Assembly (NCBI GenBank): GCA_963840455.1
Contig: CAWIYV010000007.1
Span: 160,001-224,000 of the forward strand
DNA from: Nitrospirota bacterium
GTDB lineage: Bacteria; Nitrospirota; UBA9217
Length of the DNA: 64,000 nucleotides
Reading direction: 5' to 3'
Both the position numbers and the translations under genes were made by a program. The notes below the pieces were generated by a model. It worked only from the letters and a program-made list of their open reading frames with translations, made no database searches and was not told where the DNA came from. Each line of letters begins with the position of its first letter. The first letter of the stretch is position 1. Positions 1 to 9,937 of the stretch are shown here, in pieces.

Positions 1-858
1 CCGCTGCACCAGCGCGACGCCGCCGATGATCGCGATGCCTCCGACGACGGTAAGAGGCCTGACTGCATCACCGAGGAAGACGGCCGAGACGAGCACCGCG
101 ATGAAGGGGACGAGATAATGATAGGCGATGGTGCGCGTAGCGCCGATGCGCTTCACCCCCTCGTACCAGAGGACATAGGCCGCTGCCGCGCCGACCAGGG
201 CTGCGAATCCGAGAGCGGCCCAAGAGCCTGCCGGGACAGCGCTCCAGGACTGGCGCGCAAGTTCCCCGGCGCCGGCGGGCAGGAGCAGTACGGTGCCGGC
301 GGCCACGCTCCAGGCAGTGACGGTGACGGGCGGGTAGCGTTCGAGCAGCGGGGCGGCCAGGACCGTGTAAAGGGCCCAGAGGACCGACGCGCCGATGGTC
401 ATCAGGTCCCCGGTGACGGTCGCCATGCCGAAATGGACCTCGCCGCGGGTGCTCCGGATGATGCAATAGGCGCCCGCGGTCGCGAGCAACAGGCCGAGAG
501 CGAGCGGCGCCCTCAGCCGCTCCCTGCCGCGAAGGGTCTGGAACACGGCCGCGAAGAGCGGCGACATGGAGATGAAGAGTGCCGAATGGGATGCGGTGGT
601 GAACTGCAGGCCCTTCATGAACAGAAGGTTATAGAACGTGATGCCCGTAAGGCCGAGGGCGGCGAGGGCCGGGAGGTCCCTGCGGGCGACGGCAAAACGC
701 TCCCGCCTGAGCGCCATCACGCCGAATAGGGCGGCTGCCGCAAGGGCGAACCGGACGACCGTGAAGCTGAGCGGCAGGAAATCAGTAAGGGCGTGCTTGA
801 TCACCGGGAAGTTGACGCCCCAGATGATTGCGACGATTATCAGGCGAAGGTCCAACAT
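1..858 (-). CDS. DMT/EamA-family permease (3' end runs off the window)
   Basis: Manual translation from ATG at 858: MLDLRLIIVAIIWGVNFPVIKHAL...VRF...GLQFTTASHSALFISMSPLF...GDLMTIGASVLWALYTV...YVLWYEGVKRIGA; two EamA repeats, about 10 TM helices. Not in the ORF track because it lacks a stop in the window. Confidence 0.88.
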   Translation of the reverse strand, partial: MLDLRLIIVAIIWGVNFPVIKHALTDFLPLSFTVVRFALAAAALFGVMALRRERFAVARRDLPALAALGLTGITFYNLLFMKGLQFTTASHSALFISMSPLFAAVFQTLRGRERLRAPLALGLLLATAGAYCIIRSTRGEVHFGMATVTGDLMTIGASVLWALYTVLAAPLLERYPPVTVTAWSVAAGTVLLLPAGAGELARQSWSAVPAGSWAALGFAALVGAAAAYVLWYEGVKRIGATRTIAYHYLVPFIAVLVSAVFLGDAVRPLTVVGGIAIIGGVALVQR

Positions 859-896
859 AGTGCGGAGTGTCGAGTGCGACTATAGCATAAATTACC

Positions 897-925
897 TTGA
901 ATACTCAAATATATTGTGCTATCAA
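897..925 (+). promoter_or_regulatory. sigma70-type promoter of ntrB (probably leaderless)
   Basis: TTGAAT-17nt-TATCAA with an extended -10 TG; ATG follows 6 nt after the -10 and there is no Shine-Dalgarno. Confidence 0.5.
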
Positions 926-931
926 TAAGTT

Positions 932-2032
932 ATGCAAGGTCTGACACCGCCGTTCAGGGACATTACCGCCGACATTCTCTCGGGGATCGTTGACGGTGTG
1001 ATGGTGGCCGATGAGGCCGGAAACGTTCTCATCTGGAATCGCGCCATTGAGGAGATGACCGGCATCGCCGCGGTAGACGCTCTCGGAAAACAGGCCCGTG
1101 CCGTCCTAGCCGAAAACCCTGCGGTGGTTTCGCAGATCGAGAAGACCTTGGGAACGGGGCGGTCCTATTCTGACTACGAGGCCGAGCTTGTTGCCCGGCA
1201 CCGCGATCCGCTCCCCGTCGGGCTGGTGAGCAGCGTTCTTACCGACGAGGAAGGACGGCCGCAGGGCGTCATCCTCTCGGTCCGCGACCAGCGGGGCGTG
1301 CGGGACCTCAAGGACCGCATGCGTCGGGCCGACCGGCTTGCGTCGATTGGCCAGATCGCGGCCGGCATCGCCCACGAGATCAAGAACCCGTTGGTCGGCA
1401 TCCGCGGCGCTGCGCAGCTCCTGAAGTCAGAGCTCCGGGCAGCGGCCGGCGGCAGCCTCATCGAATATCTTGACGTGATCCTGAAGGAGGCGGACCGGCT
1501 GAACAGTGTGCTCGAGGGGATCCTCGACTTCACCCGGGTGAGCCCCCGGGAGCGGGGAGGATTCAACATTCACAGCATCCTGGACCGCGCGCTCCTGCTG
1601 AACGAGGAGACCGCGCGTCAGAACAATGTGGTGCTCGCCCGGGAATACGATCCGAGCCTGCCCGATGTTATCGGGAACCAGGACCAGCTCATGCAGGTGT
1701 TCCTGAACATCGTCAAGAACGCCGTGGAGGTGATGCCGTCGGGCGGCAGGCTCACGGTGGTCACGCGCATGTCCGATCTGTTCACGAGCGTCCAGGCAGA
1801 CGGCAGGAAGCACCGCCTTATGGTGGTGAAGGTCAGCGACACCGGCTCCGGCATCAGGCAGGAGCATCTGCAGGACATCTTCGCGCCGTTCTTCACCACC
1901 AAGGACAAAGGTGTGGGCCTGGGGCTGGCGCTTTCGTACCAGATCGTGCAGGAGCACCTCGGGACCATCCGGGTCGAGAGCCGCGAAGGGGAGGGGACGA
2001 CCTTCAGCGTGTACCTGCCGCTGGGGGAATGA
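932..2032 (+). CDS. ntrB: NtrB-like PAS histidine kinase
   Basis: N-terminal PAS; H-box IAHEIKNPLVGIRGAAQLL; REYDPSLP; QVFLNIVKNA; DTGSGI; PFFTTK..GVGLGL; adjacent to an NtrC-type regulator. Confidence 0.85.
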   Translation: MQGLTPPFRDITADILSGIVDGVMVADEAGNVLIWNRAIEEMTGIAAVDALGKQARAVLAENPAVVSQIEKTLGTGRSYSDYEAELVARHRDPLPVGLVSSVLTDEEGRPQGVILSVRDQRGVRDLKDRMRRADRLASIGQIAAGIAHEIKNPLVGIRGAAQLLKSELRAAAGGSLIEYLDVILKEADRLNSVLEGILDFTRVSPRERGGFNIHSILDRALLLNEETARQNNVVLAREYDPSLPDVIGNQDQLMQVFLNIVKNAVEVMPSGGRLTVVTRMSDLFTSVQADGRKHRLMVVKVSDTGSGIRQEHLQDIFAPFFTTKDKGVGLGLALSYQIVQEHLGTIRVESREGEGTTFSVYLPLGE

Positions 2033-2098
2033 GATGATTGTAGATTGCGGATTGCGAATTGAAAAAATACCGGAAGAGCAGGAATACCGTGGTTCATT

Positions 2099-3553
2099 AT
2101 GACTACTGATCGCATACTGATCGTCGACGACGAAGAGAGCGTCCGGTGGGTATTAAAGAAGTCCCTCGAGAAAGACGGTCTCGAGACCGTGCTCGCCAAG
2201 GACGCGGCCGAGGCCTTCGAACGACTGCAGGACGGTAACATCGCTGTCGTGCTCATGGACATCCGCATGCCGGGCATGAGCGGGCTCGACGCCCTGGAGA
2301 AGGTCCGGAATGAAGGGCGGAACGTCTCGGTCATCATCATGACGGCCCAGAGCACGATGCAGAACGCCATCGAGGCCATGCGGCGCGGCGCCTACGACTA
2401 CATCACCAAGCCCTTCGACCTCGACGAGGTGAACATCCTGGTAAGAAAGGCGCTGGAAGTGCGGCACCTGAGCCAGGAGGTGGACACGCTCCGGGCAGAG
2501 GTGCGGGAGAAATACGAGGGCGGTCTTGTCGGCGGCACGCCGGCCATGCAGGAGATCTACAAGACCATCGGCCGCGTCGCCGAGAGCGACGCCACCGTGC
2601 TCATCCACGGCGAGAGCGGCACCGGGAAGGAACTGGTCGCCCGGGCCATACACTATCACAGTAAGCGCGCGGGCCGCCCTTTCGTGGCGGTGAACTCCGC
2701 TGCCATCCCGGCGGAGCTCCTGGAGAGCGAGCTCTTCGGGCATGAGAAAGGGTCCTTCACCGGCGCCGTGGCGCGCAAGCTGGGGAAATTTGAGGCCGCT
2801 GCCGGCGGCACGCTCTTCCTCGACGAGATCGGCGACATGAGCCTCTCGCTCCAGGGCAAACTGCTGCGGGTGCTTCAGGAAAGGGAGTTCGAGCGCGTGG
2901 GCGGGACGGAGCCCATCAAGACCGATGTGCGCGTGATCGCCGCGACCCACCACAACCTCGAGAAGATGGTTCGCGAGAACCGGTTCCGCGAGGACCTCTT
3001 CTATCGGTTGAACGTCATTCAGATCAATATCCCGCCGCTCCGGAAACGGAAGGACGACGTCGTACCGCTGGCCGAGCACTTCCTCCGGAAGTACCGCGAG
3101 GGGAAGGGCGTGACCGCAAAATCCTTCACGCCCGAGACGCTCAAGGCACTGCGCGCCTATGACTGGCCGGGGAACGTGCGCGAGCTCGAGAACGCGGTCC
3201 AGCGCGCCGTGACGCTCGCCCAAGGCGACAAGATCTTCCCCGACGCGCTCCCCCCGCAGGTCTTCAGGCCGGGCCAGGGCGTGACCATCTCGTTCGAGAG
3301 CTTCCTTGAGGAGAAGCTCGCGGACCTCGTGGAGCGGCTAGGCGGCTTGGACCAGGGCGATATCTATGACCTGGTGATGCAGCGCGTCGAGAAGCCGCTT
3401 ATCACGCATGTGCTCCGGAAGACCGAGGGGAACCAGGTGCGCGCCGCGAGCTTGCTCGGCATCAACCGCAACACGCTCCGGAAGAAGATCAAGGAACTGG
3501 GTATCAAGGGGCCGTTCAACGGCGAGGAAAAGGAGCAGGACGAGGAGGAGTAG
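2099..3553 (+). CDS. ntrC: NtrC-like sigma54 response regulator
   Basis: REC domain (DIRMPG); AAA+ GESGTGKE, ESELFGHEKGSFTGA, WPGNVRELEN; Fis-type HTH GNQVRAASLLGINRNTLRKKIKEL. Confidence 0.88.
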   Translation: MTTDRILIVDDEESVRWVLKKSLEKDGLETVLAKDAAEAFERLQDGNIAVVLMDIRMPGMSGLDALEKVRNEGRNVSVIIMTAQSTMQNAIEAMRRGAYDYITKPFDLDEVNILVRKALEVRHLSQEVDTLRAEVREKYEGGLVGGTPAMQEIYKTIGRVAESDATVLIHGESGTGKELVARAIHYHSKRAGRPFVAVNSAAIPAELLESELFGHEKGSFTGAVARKLGKFEAAAGGTLFLDEIGDMSLSLQGKLLRVLQEREFERVGGTEPIKTDVRVIAATHHNLEKMVRENRFREDLFYRLNVIQINIPPLRKRKDDVVPLAEHFLRKYREGKGVTAKSFTPETLKALRAYDWPGNVRELENAVQRAVTLAQGDKIFPDALPPQVFRPGQGVTISFESFLEEKLADLVERLGGLDQGDIYDLVMQRVEKPLITHVLRKTEGNQVRAASLLGINRNTLRKKIKELGIKGPFNGEEKEQDEEE

Positions 3554-3592
3554 GGGGTACGGGGGTACGGCAAAAGACGAGAACGCATTCAC

Positions 3593-3626
3593 AGGCCCGT
3601 TCCGGGAACATCCGGGACGGGCTTTT
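3593..3626 (+). terminator. Intrinsic terminator after ntrC
   Basis: AGGCCCGTTCCGG...CCGGGACGGGCTTTT hairpin plus T tract. Confidence 0.65.
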
Positions 3627-3809
3627 GTCATCTCGGGGAGATGTTCCTCTTGATAGAGCTGCCTGTTGTACCATCTATCATCTGGCCGGAAACTCTTGTC
3701 CATCCTTACTCTAATAATATATAGAGAGAATAGAGGTCGGTCCGAGGAAAAGGAAGAATGGGCATGCTCTACCATATACGTTGCTCGTGATGTTCCTAGG
3801 GCCCATCCA

Positions 3810-4433
3810 TCATAATTCTACCGGGTTCAGTCCGGTATAGATATAGAGGGTGAAATCGTCCTGCACGCGGTCGTGGCGGAGGGCAAAGTAAGGGGAGAGG
3901 TTCTCGAGGGTGAACTTGACCATTTCTTCGGGCGACGTGTAATTCAGCTCCGGGTCCTTGATGGGCGTGTGGGACGACAGGGCGTTCAGGGCAAGACCTT
4001 TGTTGCAGTGTTTGAACAGCGTGATCAGCGCCTCCTTCAGGTCGTCCGCGACGCCCGGCACCCGCAGGTTGAAGACGCCGCAGATGACGATGTAGTCGAA
4101 GAACCCTTCCAGCCGGTCCTCCGAAGCGTCCATGACCTGGAACGAACATTCGGGATACTTCTTTTTCGCGAGCTCGATGAAGTTCTCGTTGATGTCCACT
4201 CCAGTGTAGCGTACGTCGAGACCACGGCGCTTCAGGAACCGGTAGAAGTCGCCGGTGCCGCAGCCGTAATCGAGAATGCTCGCGTTGTTCAGATGAGGCG
4301 AGATCTCGGCCAGGGCGTGGTACCGACGGAGCTGGCCCTGCGGCGTCCAGCGGAGCGCCTCGGGGCGATCGCCGAACTGCTTCAGATGGAAGTTGTAAAA
4401 AGAAAGCAGATGTTCTCGTGAGTAGGGGTCCAT
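3810..4433 (-). CDS. Class I SAM-dependent methyltransferase
   Basis: ILDYGCGTGD motif I, YTGVDIN, FDYIVICGVFN. Confidence 0.85.
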   Translation of the reverse strand: MDPYSREHLLSFYNFHLKQFGDRPEALRWTPQGQLRRYHALAEISPHLNNASILDYGCGTGDFYRFLKRRGLDVRYTGVDINENFIELAKKKYPECSFQVMDASEDRLEGFFDYIVICGVFNLRVPGVADDLKEALITLFKHCNKGLALNALSSHTPIKDPELNYTSPEEMVKFTLENLSPYFALRHDRVQDDFTLYIYTGLNPVEL

Positions 4434-4604
4434 GGCTTATCTTCAGCGCAAAAATTTTCAGTATATTTTACGGCATTCGCCGCGGTCATGCAAGATGCGA
4501 AGAGGGCCTTCCTGTATTTATAGGCTGATAAGTTTTGCTTATGTGGTGCCCGTTGTCGAGAATTAAGACAATTAGCATCCTCATAACTTTTCGTAACGTT
4601 TCGC

Positions 4605-4633
4605 TTGACAAAAAAATGGCGTTATCTTATCAT
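4605..4633 (+). promoter_or_regulatory. sigma70 promoter of the nuo operon
   Basis: TTGACA-17nt-TATCAT upstream of nuoA. Confidence 0.7.
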
Positions 4634-4690
4634 GCCTGCGTTTCAGAACATCTGCTAACTAAAATTTAATACCTAAGCGAGGGAGTAGCC

Positions 4691-5065
4691 ATGACTCCTG
4701 GATCCTATCTTCCGGGACATTTTCTTCCAGTCGCAATCTTTCTCCTCGTCGGCCTTGCCGTCGGGGTCGGCATGCTGGTCTTCAGCAGGCTGGTCAGCCC
4801 CCGGAAACCCTACCGGGAAAAGCTCATGACCTATGAGTCCGGCATCACCCCCTTTTCCGACGCTCACCAGAAGTTCTCCATCCGTTACTATATCATTGCC
4901 ATGCTGTTCCTTATCTTCGACATCGAAGCAGTGTTCCTCTATCCCTGGGCCGTTGCGTACAACAAGATCGGTCTGTACGGGCTCGTGGAGATGGTGATCT
5001 TCATCATCATTCTCCTGGTCGGGTATGTGTACGCGTGGAAGAAGGGGGCCCTGGAATGGGAATAA
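4691..5065 (+). CDS. nuoA: NADH-quinone oxidoreductase subunit A
   Basis: [39 protein letters not shown]. Confidence 0.95.
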   Translation: MTPGSYLPGHFLPVAIFLLVGLAVGVGMLVFSRLVSPRKPYREKLMTYESGITPFSDAHQKFSIRYYIIAMLFLIFDIEAVFLYPWAVAYNKIGLYGLVEMVIFIIILLVGYVYAWKKGALEWE

Positions 5066-5541
5066 TCCAGAACGTTTTCGAAGAAGGATACGTCACGACC
5101 AAGCTCGACGAGCTCTTGAACCTCGCGCGGTCGTGCTCGATCTGGCCCATGACCTTCGGCCTCGCCTGCTGCGCCATCGAGATGATCCAGTACTATTCCG
5201 CGCCGCAGCATGACTTCGACCGTTTCGGCACCGTGCCGCGCCCGTCGCCGCGCCAGTCCGACCTGCTCCTGGTCGCCGGTACGTTGACGAAGAAGATGGC
5301 GCCGATCGTGCGCCGCGTCTATGACCAGATGCCCGAGCCCCGTTACGTGATCGCCATGGGCAGCTGCGCAAGCTCGGGCGGCATCTTCAACACCTACAGC
5401 GTCGTCCAGGGTGTTGACAACATCGTTCCCGTGGACGTCTATATCCCGGGCTGCCCCCCGCGGCCCGAGGCCCTCATGTTCGGGATCATGAAGCTGCAGG
5501 AAAAGATCCGGAAAGAGCACTATATAAGGAAAGAAAAGTAG
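5056..5541 (+). CDS. nuoB: NADH-quinone oxidoreductase subunit B
   Basis: [36 protein letters not shown] (cluster N2 ligands). Confidence 0.95.
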   Translation: MGIIQNVFEEGYVTTKLDELLNLARSCSIWPMTFGLACCAIEMIQYYSAPQHDFDRFGTVPRPSPRQSDLLLVAGTLTKKMAPIVRRVYDQMPEPRYVIAMGSCASSGGIFNTYSVVQGVDNIVPVDVYIPGCPPRPEALMFGIMKLQEKIRKEHYIRKEK

Positions 5542-5584
5542 CCTGTTCACGAAATCCCCGAGAGATGGTTCGAGAGAGACGGTT

Positions 5585-6055
5585 ATGGATGCTGATCAGA
5601 TAGCGAAGATGATCGAAGAGAAGTTCCCTGGCGAGGTGCTGGGAACCGTGACCCACGCCGGGCAGACCGGTGTCATGGTCAAACCGGAGCGGATCCGTGA
5701 CATCTGCCGTTTCCTCCATGACGAGCCGTCGCTCCGCATGGACTTCCTGGCGGACCTGACCGCCGTGGACTACTCAGCCTACCCGGGCGACACGGGGCTC
5801 CGGTTCGAGGTGGTGTACAACCTCATCTCCACCGTGTTCCGGCACCGCATCCGTCTCAAGGTGCGGGTGCCCGAGGACCAGCCGCGGGTGGACACGGTGA
5901 CGGAGATCTGGCAGACGGCGAACTGGCACGAGCGCGAGACCTACGACCTCATGGGCATCATCTTCAACGGCCACCCCGACCTCCGCAGGATCCTGCTGCC
6001 CGAGGACTGGGTCGGTCATCCGCTCCGGAAGGAATACCCGCTGAAAGGCTTTTAG
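5585..6055 (+). CDS. nuoC: NADH-quinone oxidoreductase subunit C
   Basis: ANWHERETYDLMGIIFNGHPDLRRILLPEDWVGHPLRKEYP. Confidence 0.95.
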   Translation: MDADQIAKMIEEKFPGEVLGTVTHAGQTGVMVKPERIRDICRFLHDEPSLRMDFLADLTAVDYSAYPGDTGLRFEVVYNLISTVFRHRIRLKVRVPEDQPRVDTVTEIWQTANWHERETYDLMGIIFNGHPDLRRILLPEDWVGHPLRKEYPLKGF

Positions 6056-6136
6056 ACCGAGGGTCAAGGAGCAAGGGGCCAGGGTCAAGTATGCTGACGT
6101 CACCGGGACCCCGGACCCTGTGTCCTGTACCCTTGC

Positions 6137-7351
6137 ATGCATGGTGAACCTATGTCATCGACCGAAACTGCAGACAACAAGATCGTAACAAAAGAGATAA
6201 CGCTCAACATGGGGCCGCAGCATCCGAGCACGCACGGCGTGCTCCGGCTGGTGCTTGATCTCCAGGGCGAGACCGTCGTCGGCGTCGACCCGCGGCCGGG
6301 CTACCTCCATCGCGGGATCGAGAAATGGTGCGAGTCCCGGACCTACCACCAGATCATTCCGATGACGGACCGGCTCGAGTACATTTCGTGCTTCAATAAC
6401 AACCTGGGCTATGTAGTGGCCGTGGAGAAGCTCGGCGGAGTCACCGTGCCGGAGCGGGCGCAGTTCCTCCGGACCCTCCTGGCGGAGCTGGGCAGACTCA
6501 GCGCCCATCTCGTCTGGCTCGGGACACACGCCCTCGACATCGGCGCCATGACGGTATGCATGTACACCCTCCGCGAGCGCGAGCTCATCCTCGATCTCTT
6601 CGAGATGGCCAGCGGCGCGCGCCAGACCGTGAGCTTTGCCCGCATCGGGGGCATCCGGAACGACGTGTCCCGGGACTTCCTCGACAAGTGCCGGGAGTTC
6701 ACCGAGATCTTCCCCAAGCGGCTCCATGACTATGATACGCTGATCCGCGAGAACCGTATCTGGCTCAAACGCACCAAGGGCATCGGCATTGTGTCCGCTG
6801 AGGATGCGATCAGCCTTGGCATGACCGGCGGCACCCTGCGCGGCTCGGGTGTCGACTACGACCTGCGCAAGGTGGAACCCTACGCGGCCTATGACAAGGT
6901 GGAGTTCGACGTGCCGCTCGGCGAGAATGGCGATGTCTACGACCGTTATATCGTGCGCATCAACGAGATGCGCCAGAGCAACCGCATCATTAAACAGTGC
7001 CTCGACATGCTGCCGCAGGGACCGGTAATGACCGGCGACCCGCGTTACGCTGTGCCGGAGAAGGCCAGCGTCATGCAAAACATGGAGGCCCTGGCCCATC
7101 AGTTCGTGCTTATGAGCAAGTGGGTGCCCATGCCCAAGGGCGAGGTGTATGTCGCCACCGAGGGTCCCAAGGGAGAGGTCGGGTTCTTCATTGTCAGCGA
7201 CGGCAGCGGCCGGCCCTACCGCATGAAGATCCGCTCCCCATCGTTCATCAATCTGAGCGCCATCCCGAAGATGACGATCGGCGGCATGGTTTCCGATGTG
7301 GTCGCCTGCATCGGCACCATCGACATCGTGCTCGGCGAGTGCGACCGCTAA
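6137..7351 (+). CDS. nuoD: NADH-quinone oxidoreductase subunit D
   Basis: NMGPQHPSTHGVLRL, GYLHRGIEK, DRLEY, C-terminal DIVLGECDR. Start could be 6152. Confidence 0.95.
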   Translation: MHGEPMSSTETADNKIVTKEITLNMGPQHPSTHGVLRLVLDLQGETVVGVDPRPGYLHRGIEKWCESRTYHQIIPMTDRLEYISCFNNNLGYVVAVEKLGGVTVPERAQFLRTLLAELGRLSAHLVWLGTHALDIGAMTVCMYTLRERELILDLFEMASGARQTVSFARIGGIRNDVSRDFLDKCREFTEIFPKRLHDYDTLIRENRIWLKRTKGIGIVSAEDAISLGMTGGTLRGSGVDYDLRKVEPYAAYDKVEFDVPLGENGDVYDRYIVRINEMRQSNRIIKQCLDMLPQGPVMTGDPRYAVPEKASVMQNMEALAHQFVLMSKWVPMPKGEVYVATEGPKGEVGFFIVSDGSGRPYRMKIRSPSFINLSAIPKMTIGGMVSDVVACIGTIDIVLGECDR

Positions 7352-7383
7352 GGTCTGTTCCGAAACCACCAGGAGGGGTTGCC

Positions 7384-7863
7384 ATGGTCAAGGTCAAAGA
7401 CATCGAGGAACTACCGCTGTTCAAGGGATTGTCAGGCGACGAGCTCAAGGCCATCGCTGAGATCATCACGTCGGACACGCATCCCGCCGGCAAGCCGATC
7501 TTCGAAGAGGGTGAAGTGACCTGCCCCTGCATCTACATCATCCAGAAGGGGAAGGTGGACGTGCAGAAGCATAACAAGGACGGCGACACGCTCACCCTGT
7601 CGGTGCAGCGGGAGGGGAGCTTCTTCGGCGAGCTGTCGTTCATCGACAACAAGCCCCACTCGGCGACGCTCACAACGGCTTCCGAGGAGTCGGTGGTGCT
7701 CAAGATCGACCGGAACGATTTCGACAAGTTCGTGGTGCGCTACCCGAACGCCGGGTTCAAGGTGCTCATGAATGTCGTCCAGGACATCTCCCAGCTGGTC
7801 CGCAGAATGAACTCCCAGTACGTCGACATGGCGGGGTACGTGTTCGGCAGGACGAAGAGGTAG
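7384..7863 (+). CDS. Stand-alone cyclic-nucleotide-binding domain protein inside the nuo operon
   Basis: AGGAGG RBS; LPLFKGLS..EL, IFEEGE, YIIQKGKVDV, GSFFGELSFIDNKPHSAT; no HTH. This is the C-terminal 159 aa of ORF 6997..7863. Confidence 0.85.
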   Translation: MVKVKDIEELPLFKGLSGDELKAIAEIITSDTHPAGKPIFEEGEVTCPCIYIIQKGKVDVQKHNKDGDTLTLSVQREGSFFGELSFIDNKPHSATLTTASEESVVLKIDRNDFDKFVVRYPNAGFKVLMNVVQDISQLVRRMNSQYVDMAGYVFGRTKR

Positions 7864-7871
7864 GAAACGGT

Positions 7872-8390
7872 ATGAGCGAACAACACGAGGAAGCGCATTT
7901 CTGCCGGACGGCCGGCGAAAAGATCATGTTCAGCGATGCGATCGTGCAGGCCATCAAGAAGGTCCAGCAGCGCTATCCCGATACACAGGGCGCCGTGCTC
8001 CCGGCGCTCCACATCATCCAGAAGGAATACGGCCATCTGACCTACGAGGCCATGCGGTTCGTTTCGCAGCAGCTGCGGGTGCCCGAGTCGGACGTGTTCG
8101 GCACGGCGACCTTCTACTCGCTGTATCGCTGGAAGAATTCCGGCAGGCACCAGATCCAGATATGCCACAACCTTTCCTGCTCGCTCCTTGGCGCGGAAAC
8201 GATGATCGCGCATCTGGAAAAGAAGCTGGGGGTCTGCGAGGGCCAGGTGACGAAGGACGGAAGGTTCTCGTTCATCCGGATGGAGTGCATCGGCCGGTGC
8301 GACGGAGCTCCCGCCATGCTCGTGGGTGACGACTACCATGGCGACCTGACGCCGGCAAAGATCGACGATATTCTGAAGAAGTACGAATAG
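7872..8390 (+). CDS. nuoE: NADH-quinone oxidoreductase subunit E
   Basis: ATFYSLY, CHNLSC...CIGRCDGAP [2Fe-2S] motif. Confidence 0.92.
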   Translation: MSEQHEEAHFCRTAGEKIMFSDAIVQAIKKVQQRYPDTQGAVLPALHIIQKEYGHLTYEAMRFVSQQLRVPESDVFGTATFYSLYRWKNSGRHQIQICHNLSCSLLGAETMIAHLEKKLGVCEGQVTKDGRFSFIRMECIGRCDGAPAMLVGDDYHGDLTPAKIDDILKKYE

Positions 8391-8424
8391 CGGTTTGTCC
8401 TCCTGGAAAGACTAAAGACTTTTC

Positions 8425-8506
8425 ACCGCAGAGGGCGCAGAGGACGCCGAGCAATACATCTTCGTTGATTCTTGTTCTCCTCTGCGATCTCCGCGATCTC
8501 TGCGGT
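8425..8506. repeat. Intergenic inverted array of 9-bp units (CGCAGAG..)
   Basis: ACCGCAGAGGGCGCAGAGGACGCCGAG ... CTCTGCGATCTCCGCGATCTCTGCGGT; a degenerate relative lies at 58443..58529. Confidence 0.7.
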
Positions 8507-8529
8507 AAAGCGACAAGGAAGTTATCTAT

Positions 8530-9789
8530 ATGGAAAAGATGCTCCTCAAACGGGTCGACATCCCGAACGCGGCGGACATCGACGTTGCCCAGAAGCACGG
8601 CGCCTATTCCACGCTGAAAACGGCCTTCGATATGCGGCCGGTGGACCTGGTGAACGAGGTGAAGCGGGCCAACCTGCGCGGCCGCGGTGGCGCGGGTTTT
8701 CCCACGGGCCTCAAGTGGGAGCTCTGCTCCCGCGTGCCCGGCGCCCTGAAGTATCTTCTGTGCAATGCCGACGAGGGCGAGCCGGGAACGTTCAAGGACC
8801 GGTTCATCCTCCTCCACGACCCGCACCTCCTGATCGAGGGGATGGTCATCTCCGGCTTCGCCATCGGCGCGGAGCGGGGCTACATCTATCTCCGATATGA
8901 ATATCCCACGGCCCTCGGCGTTCTCGAGAGGGCCATTGAGCAGGCCTACGCGAAAGGCTATCTCGGCAAGAACATCCTCGGCAAGGGGGTGAACTTCGAC
9001 CTCTCCGTGCACCGCGGCGCCGGGGCCTACATCTGCGGCGAGGAAACGGCGCTCATCGAGTCCCTCGAAGGCAAACGCGGCCAGCCCCGCATCCGGCCGC
9101 CGTTCCCGGCGAGCCAGGGCGCGTGGCGGAAGCCCACGGTCATCAACAACGTCGAGACGCTCTCCAACATCCCGTACCTCATTGCCATGGGCGCCGACGC
9201 CTACGCCAAGATCGGCGAGGAATCCTCCCCGGGTCCCAAGCTCTACGGCGTAAGCGGCATGGTGAACAAGCCGGGCGTCTATGAGCTTCCCATGGGCACG
9301 ACCCTCCGGGAGATCATCTATACCCACTGCGGTGGCGTTCGCAGCGGCAAGAAGCTCAAGGCGATCATTCCTGGCGGCGCGTCCACGCCCATGCTGACCG
9401 AGAGCCATCTGGACGTAAAGATGGACTTCAACTCCCTTGTCTCCGCCGGCTCAATGCTCGGTTCCGGCGCCGTGATGGTCATGGACGAGACGGTCAACAT
9501 GGTGCAGGTCGCGTACACGCTGGTTCGGTTCTTTGCCCACGAGTCCTGCGGCAAGTGCACGCCCTGCCGCGAGGGGACTTCGTGGCTCTACCAGGTCTAC
9601 AAGCGTCTCATGCACGGCGAGGGCAAACCCGAGGACATCGACCTGCTCCTGTACATCTGCGAGACCGTGAAGGGCAAGTGCTTCTGTCCGCTGGGCGAAG
9701 GCGCGATCCAGCCGGTCCTGTCGAGCATCAAGCATTTCCGCGGCGACTACGAGGAGTGGATCAAGAGCGGGAAGACTGCTCATGCTTAA
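8530..9789 (+). CDS. nuoF: NADH-quinone oxidoreductase subunit F
   Basis: LRGRGGAGFPTGLKW, NADEGEPGTFKDR, GAGAYICGEETALIESLEG, ESCGKCTPCREG. Confidence 0.96.
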   Translation: MEKMLLKRVDIPNAADIDVAQKHGAYSTLKTAFDMRPVDLVNEVKRANLRGRGGAGFPTGLKWELCSRVPGALKYLLCNADEGEPGTFKDRFILLHDPHLLIEGMVISGFAIGAERGYIYLRYEYPTALGVLERAIEQAYAKGYLGKNILGKGVNFDLSVHRGAGAYICGEETALIESLEGKRGQPRIRPPFPASQGAWRKPTVINNVETLSNIPYLIAMGADAYAKIGEESSPGPKLYGVSGMVNKPGVYELPMGTTLREIIYTHCGGVRSGKKLKAIIPGGASTPMLTESHLDVKMDFNSLVSAGSMLGSGAVMVMDETVNMVQVAYTLVRFFAHESCGKCTPCREGTSWLYQVYKRLMHGEGKPEDIDLLLYICETVKGKCFCPLGEGAIQPVLSSIKHFRGDYEEWIKSGKTAHA

Positions 9790-9937
9790 CGAGATGTAAC
9801 CACGGGTCCCGCTTCGCGGGACACACCGATGAAGAAAAGCAGGCTCTTCTTCGTTTCATGGTTTCAAATCACCGTGTGCGACGAAGTCGCCTGTGGTTAA
9901 AATCCTTTTATCGATTTCAGAGTAAGGTCAACCACCT

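Noticed and set aside
904-919. NrdR-box-like CTCAAATATATTGTGC
   Set aside because: It lies in the ntrB promoter spacer, far from nrdJ, and is a single imperfect copy.
6997-7383. N-terminal extension of ORF 6997..7863, suggesting a fusion or frameshift with nuoD
   Set aside because: It overlaps intact nuoD out of frame; the real start is ATG 7384 with an AGGAGG RBS.
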